This document shows positions 61,437-64,000 of a stretch of DNA of 64,000 nucleotides, piece after piece. A model generated the notes under the pieces. The model searched no databases. It was not told the origin of the DNA and worked only from the letters and a program-made list of their open reading frames with translations. The stretch spans positions 10,888 through 74,887 of the forward strand of contig CAYUBQ010000002.1 of NCBI GenBank assembly GCA_964443135.1, written 5' to 3'. The DNA is from an uncultured Desulfobacterales bacterium (GTDB lineage: Bacteria > Desulfobacterota > DSM-4660 > Desulfatiglandales > HGW-15). The stretch's first letter is position 1. Each line of letters begins with the position of its first letter. The position numbers were made by a program, and so were the translations under genes.

Positions 61437-62144
61437 ATGGAAGCGGACAACCACACGGGCGGGAATCCGTCATCAGACCCCTTTACGGTGCTGGCCGATC
61501 TCCTTCCCCCGGGGCTCGAGCTGGTCCTCACCCCGGAGGAGGAGGCCGTGGTCCGGGACGCGCTCGAGGAGCCGATCGCCCTGGCGGCGCGGCCCCTTAT
61601 GGTGCAAAAGGCTCTGGCCGTGGCCGCCGCCGCCCACCGGGGCCAGGTGCGGAAAGGCTCGGCGCGGCCCTACATCCTCCATCCCGTGGCCGTGGCCCAG
61701 CTCCTCGTCGAGGCCGGGTGCGGGGACGAGGTGATCGCAGCCGGGCTCCTCCACGACACCCTGGAGGACACGAGCCTGACCCTCGGGGAGCTCCGGGACC
61801 AGTTCGGAGCAAAGGTTGCCAGCGTCGTGGCCGGCTGCAGCGAGCCCCACAAGTCGGTCCCCTGGGAGAAGCGGAAGCGACACACCCTCGTGACGCTGAA
61901 AGCCGCGCCCTGGGAGGTGCGGGTGGTCACCTGTGCGGACAAGCTGGACAACCTGCTCTCCCTGTCCGTGGACCTCGAGGAGCAGGGCGACGCCCTGTGG
62001 GGCCGTTTCTCGAGGGACCGGGACGACCAGGCCTGGTACTACCGCGCCGTCCTGGAGCGCCTTTCCGAAGGCCCCGAGCTGTACGATCCCGGGCTGGAGC
62101 TCCTCCGCCAGCTCCGCCGGGCCGTAGGGGACGTTTTTGCATAA
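61437..62144 (+). CDS. HD-domain protein, RelA/SpoT-type (p)ppGpp hydrolase fold (small alarmone hydrolase-like)
   Basis: AAAAHRGQVRKGSARPYILHPVAVAQLL...IAAGLLHDTLEDT. Start at MEADNH (61437) with GGAGGA upstream. The last five codons and the stop lie in repeat e. Confidence 0.8.
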   Translation: MEADNHTGGNPSSDPFTVLADLLPPGLELVLTPEEEAVVRDALEEPIALAARPLMVQKALAVAAAAHRGQVRKGSARPYILHPVAVAQLLVEAGCGDEVIAAGLLHDTLEDTSLTLGELRDQFGAKVASVVAGCSEPHKSVPWEKRKRHTLVTLKAAPWEVRVVTCADKLDNLLSLSVDLEEQGDALWGRFSRDRDDQAWYYRAVLERLSEGPELYDPGLELLRQLRRAVGDVFA

Positions 62145-62153
62145 TTGCATAAC
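62127..62153 (+). repeat. 27-nt repeat, copy e (GGGGACGTTTTTGCATAATTGCATAAC)
   Basis: Identical core to copies f and g (which are inverted). Contains the TAA stop of the HD gene (62142-62144). Confidence 0.95.
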
Positions 62154-62190
62154 GCGACCCCTTCCCATCCCTCCGGTCTGCCGAGCCATC

Positions 62191-62217
62191 GTTATGCAAT
62201 TATGCAAAAACGTCCCC
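62191..62217 (-). repeat. 27-nt repeat, copy f (inverted)
   Basis: GTTATGCAATTATGCAAAAACGTCCCC is the exact reverse complement of copy e. Copies e and f form a 27-bp stem with a 37-nt spacer. Confidence 0.95.
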
Positions 62218-62237
62218 TGCGATCGGCCCGTGCTTGC

Positions 62238-62264
62238 GTTATGCAATTATGCAAAAACGTCCCC
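62238..62264 (-). repeat. 27-nt repeat, copy g (inverted, direct with f)
   Basis: Exact third copy. It encodes the last residues (GRFCIIA) and the TAA stop (complement of 62239-62241) of the molybdopterin oxidoreductase. Confidence 0.95.
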
Positions 62265-64000
62265 CAGTTTTTGACAGAATCTTCTCGGGGGTGATGGGGA
62301 GGTCCCGGATCCTCACGCCCACGGCGTCGTACACGGCGTTGGCGACGGCGGACGCCACGCAGACCATACTGCCCTCCCCGACGCCCTTGGCGCCGAAGGG
62401 ACCGGTGGGCTCGCGGGACTCCACAATGACGGCGTCGAGCTCGGGCACGTCCACGGATCGCAGCAGCCGGTAGTCCCTGAGGCTCCCGTTCCGGACCTTC
62501 CCCTTCTCGAGGACCAGCCCCTCGGTGAGGGCCCACCCGATGCCCATGACGCCCCCGCCGGTGATCTGCCCCTCGACCAGGTCCGGGTTGACGGCCCGGC
62601 CCACGTCGAACGCCCCGGTGAGCCGGACCACCCGCACCTCCCCCGTGTCCGTGTTCACCTCGACCTCGGCGAAGTGCGCGCCGTAGTACCCGGGCATGGA
62701 GGGGGCCACGCCGGAGAAGGTCTCCACGATCTGCTCGCAGCGGGCCATGTCCGTGATCTGGGTCTTGCGCATGAGGTCCGCCACGAAGAGGCCGTGCTCC
62801 GGGTCTTCCCGGTCGTGGATCCAGCTCTTTCGGATCTCCAGGTCCTCGGGGGGAACGCCCAGCTCCGCGGCGGCAGACTCGAGGATCCGCCTCCGGGCCT
62901 TCCCGGACGCCTTTTGTACGGCGAGCCCGCCGCAGTAGGTCTGACGGCTGCCGTGGGTGCCGCCGTCCAGGGGCGTCACGGAGGTGTCGGTGGGCGAGAG
63001 GCCGATCTTCTCCATCTCGATTCCCAGCACCTCCGAGGCGATCTGGGCGAGCGCCGTCCGGTTGCCCTGCCCGTCGTCCGCGGCCGCGGTCACCAGTCCG
63101 ACCGTGCCGTCCGCGTGGATCATGACCGTGGCGGAGGCGGGGTCGGGCAGGCCCCGGGCCGCGCCGGTCCCGTGGAGGAGCACGGCCATCCCGCGTCCCC
63201 GCTTCACGGGGCCCCGGGCCGCCTCCCGGTTCAGCGCGGCATTCCAACCGAACACCCGGCCCCCTTTCTCCAGGCATTCCTCGAGGCCGTTGCTGCGGAT
63301 CTCGTCGTCGAAGACCGGATCGATCCGGCCGAGGCGGCGGTAGTTCTTCAGCCTGAACGCCACCGGGTCCATCCCCAGCTCCCGGGCGATCATGTCCATC
63401 TGGGACTCCTGGGCGAAGTTCATCTGGGGGTTGCCGTACCCGCGGAACGCACCGCCGGGGCTCGTGTTGGTGAAGACCGCGGCCGCCTGAAAATCCACGT
63501 TGGGAATGTCGTAGAGCCCCACGCCGGTGGAGAGGCAGTCCGCGAGGACGCCGATGTAGTGGGTGCCGTATGCGCCGGCGTCCGCGAGGATTTTGATCTC
63601 GTTCGCCGTCAGGACGCCGTCCCGGGTGACGCCGGTCCTGAGATCGACGGTCATGGGGTGCCGGGACTCCGTGGCGGTGAGCTCCTCCCTCCGGCTGAAG
63701 GAGATCCTGACAGGACGCCCGGTCTTTTTGGACAGGCTGCAGCACAGGGTCTCCAGCCCGTGCACCAGGCCACAGCGGCCGCCGAAGGACCCTCCCGTGT
63801 GAGGCTTGACGATCCGGACCCGGTTCATGGGGAGACCCAGGGCGCCCGAGAGATACATCTGGCTCCAGTGGGGCAGCTGCGTGGACGAGTAGACCGTCAG
63901 GCGCCCGTCCGCCCCGTAGTCCGCCAGGCAGGTCCCGATGGGCTCCAGGGGCGTGTGCTTCTGCTTGGAGGTGTGAAAGCGGTTCTCGAGAACCAGGTCG
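62239..64000 (-). CDS. xanthine dehydrogenase/aldehyde oxidase-family molybdopterin-binding subunit; N-terminal part lies beyond the window end
   Basis: The frame stays open upstream of the track Met (63858) to position 64000 (...ENRFHTSKQKHTPLEPIGTCLADYGADGRLTVYSSTQLPHWSQMYLSGALGLP...VRIVKPHTGGSFGGR). Typical MoCo-binding motifs GGAFRGYG and GPFGAKGVGE. Confidence 0.88.
   Translation of the reverse strand, partial: DLVLENRFHTSKQKHTPLEPIGTCLADYGADGRLTVYSSTQLPHWSQMYLSGALGLPMNRVRIVKPHTGGSFGGRCGLVHGLETLCCSLSKKTGRPVRISFSRREELTATESRHPMTVDLRTGVTRDGVLTANEIKILADAGAYGTHYIGVLADCLSTGVGLYDIPNVDFQAAAVFTNTSPGGAFRGYGNPQMNFAQESQMDMIARELGMDPVAFRLKNYRRLGRIDPVFDDEIRSNGLEECLEKGGRVFGWNAALNREAARGPVKRGRGMAVLLHGTGAARGLPDPASATVMIHADGTVGLVTAAADDGQGNRTALAQIASEVLGIEMEKIGLSPTDTSVTPLDGGTHGSRQTYCGGLAVQKASGKARRRILESAAAELGVPPEDLEIRKSWIHDREDPEHGLFVADLMRKTQITDMARCEQIVETFSGVAPSMPGYYGAHFAEVEVNTDTGEVRVVRLTGAFDVGRAVNPDLVEGQITGGGVMGIGWALTEGLVLEKGKVRNGSLRDYRLLRSVDVPELDAVIVESREPTGPFGAKGVGEGSMVCVASAVANAVYDAVGVRIRDLPITPEKILSKTGGRFCIIA

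Noticed and set aside
57956-62152. 1398-aa plus-strand ORF opposite the FHA-PP2C-kinase gene
   Set aside because: It is the antisense shadow of a well-supported multidomain gene. Its translation is low-complexity (runs of G, R, P, L, V, E) without domains.

Overview
This is a high-G+C bacterial chromosomal window, roughly two-thirds GC by eye. The gene content (Hdr/Qmo-type redox modules, an in-frame selenocysteine-type TGA, NifX/NifU-like Fe-S proteins) suggests an anaerobic deltaproteobacterial or Thermodesulfobacteriota-type organism; that placement is inference only. I support 52 protein-coding genes and 1 gene remnant, and I found no rRNA, tRNA or CRISPR.

Layout:
- 0-4 kb: housekeeping genes (TPM protein, nadC, NifX-like, FmdB zinc ribbon, ihfA, ubiE).
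- 4-8.6 kb: a PhoB/PhoR-like two-component pair convergent with a DUF47-PiT phosphate transporter pair.
- 8.9-10 kb: a REP-associated tyrosine transposase (RAYT) cassette bracketed by 21-bp inverted repeats.
- 10-19.5 kb: MltD-like transglycosylase, MATE, YajD HNH, a GNAT-fusion protein, a candidate sRNA, MscS and a TPR protein.
- 19.9-20.9 kb: a second RAYT paralogue whose catalytic Tyr position reads His.
- 21-31 kb: an M20D amidohydrolase plus a minus-strand operon (class IV aminotransferase, peptide-type ABC transporter, M20 peptidase, SDR).
- 31-39.6 kb: PAS kinase, NifU-like protein, and a membrane-anchored Hdr/Qmo hybrid cluster whose HdrA gene carries an in-frame TGA (probable Sec).
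- 39.6-43.2 kb: APC permease, CN-hydrolase and GntR regulator.
- 43.7-57.4 kb: a convergent Pel-type exopolysaccharide locus with PelA and PelB functions split over several genes.
- 57.5-61.2 kb: a STAS protein and a 1130-aa FHA-GAF-PAS-PP2C-RsbW-kinase fusion heading the pelDEFG operon.
- 61.4-64 kb: an HD (SpoT-hydrolase-like) protein and a molybdopterin oxidoreductase.

The most unusual layer is non-coding. Several unrelated-looking families of short repeats co-occur with the two RAYT genes:
- a ~106-nt intergenic element in 3-4 copies;
- a GTAG-headed REP doublet;
- a 27-nt triple repeat that supplies the stop codons of two convergent genes;
- a perfect 25-bp inverted repeat;
- a hexanucleotide microsatellite.

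Many long ORFs in the supplied track are GC-driven shadow frames and were not called.
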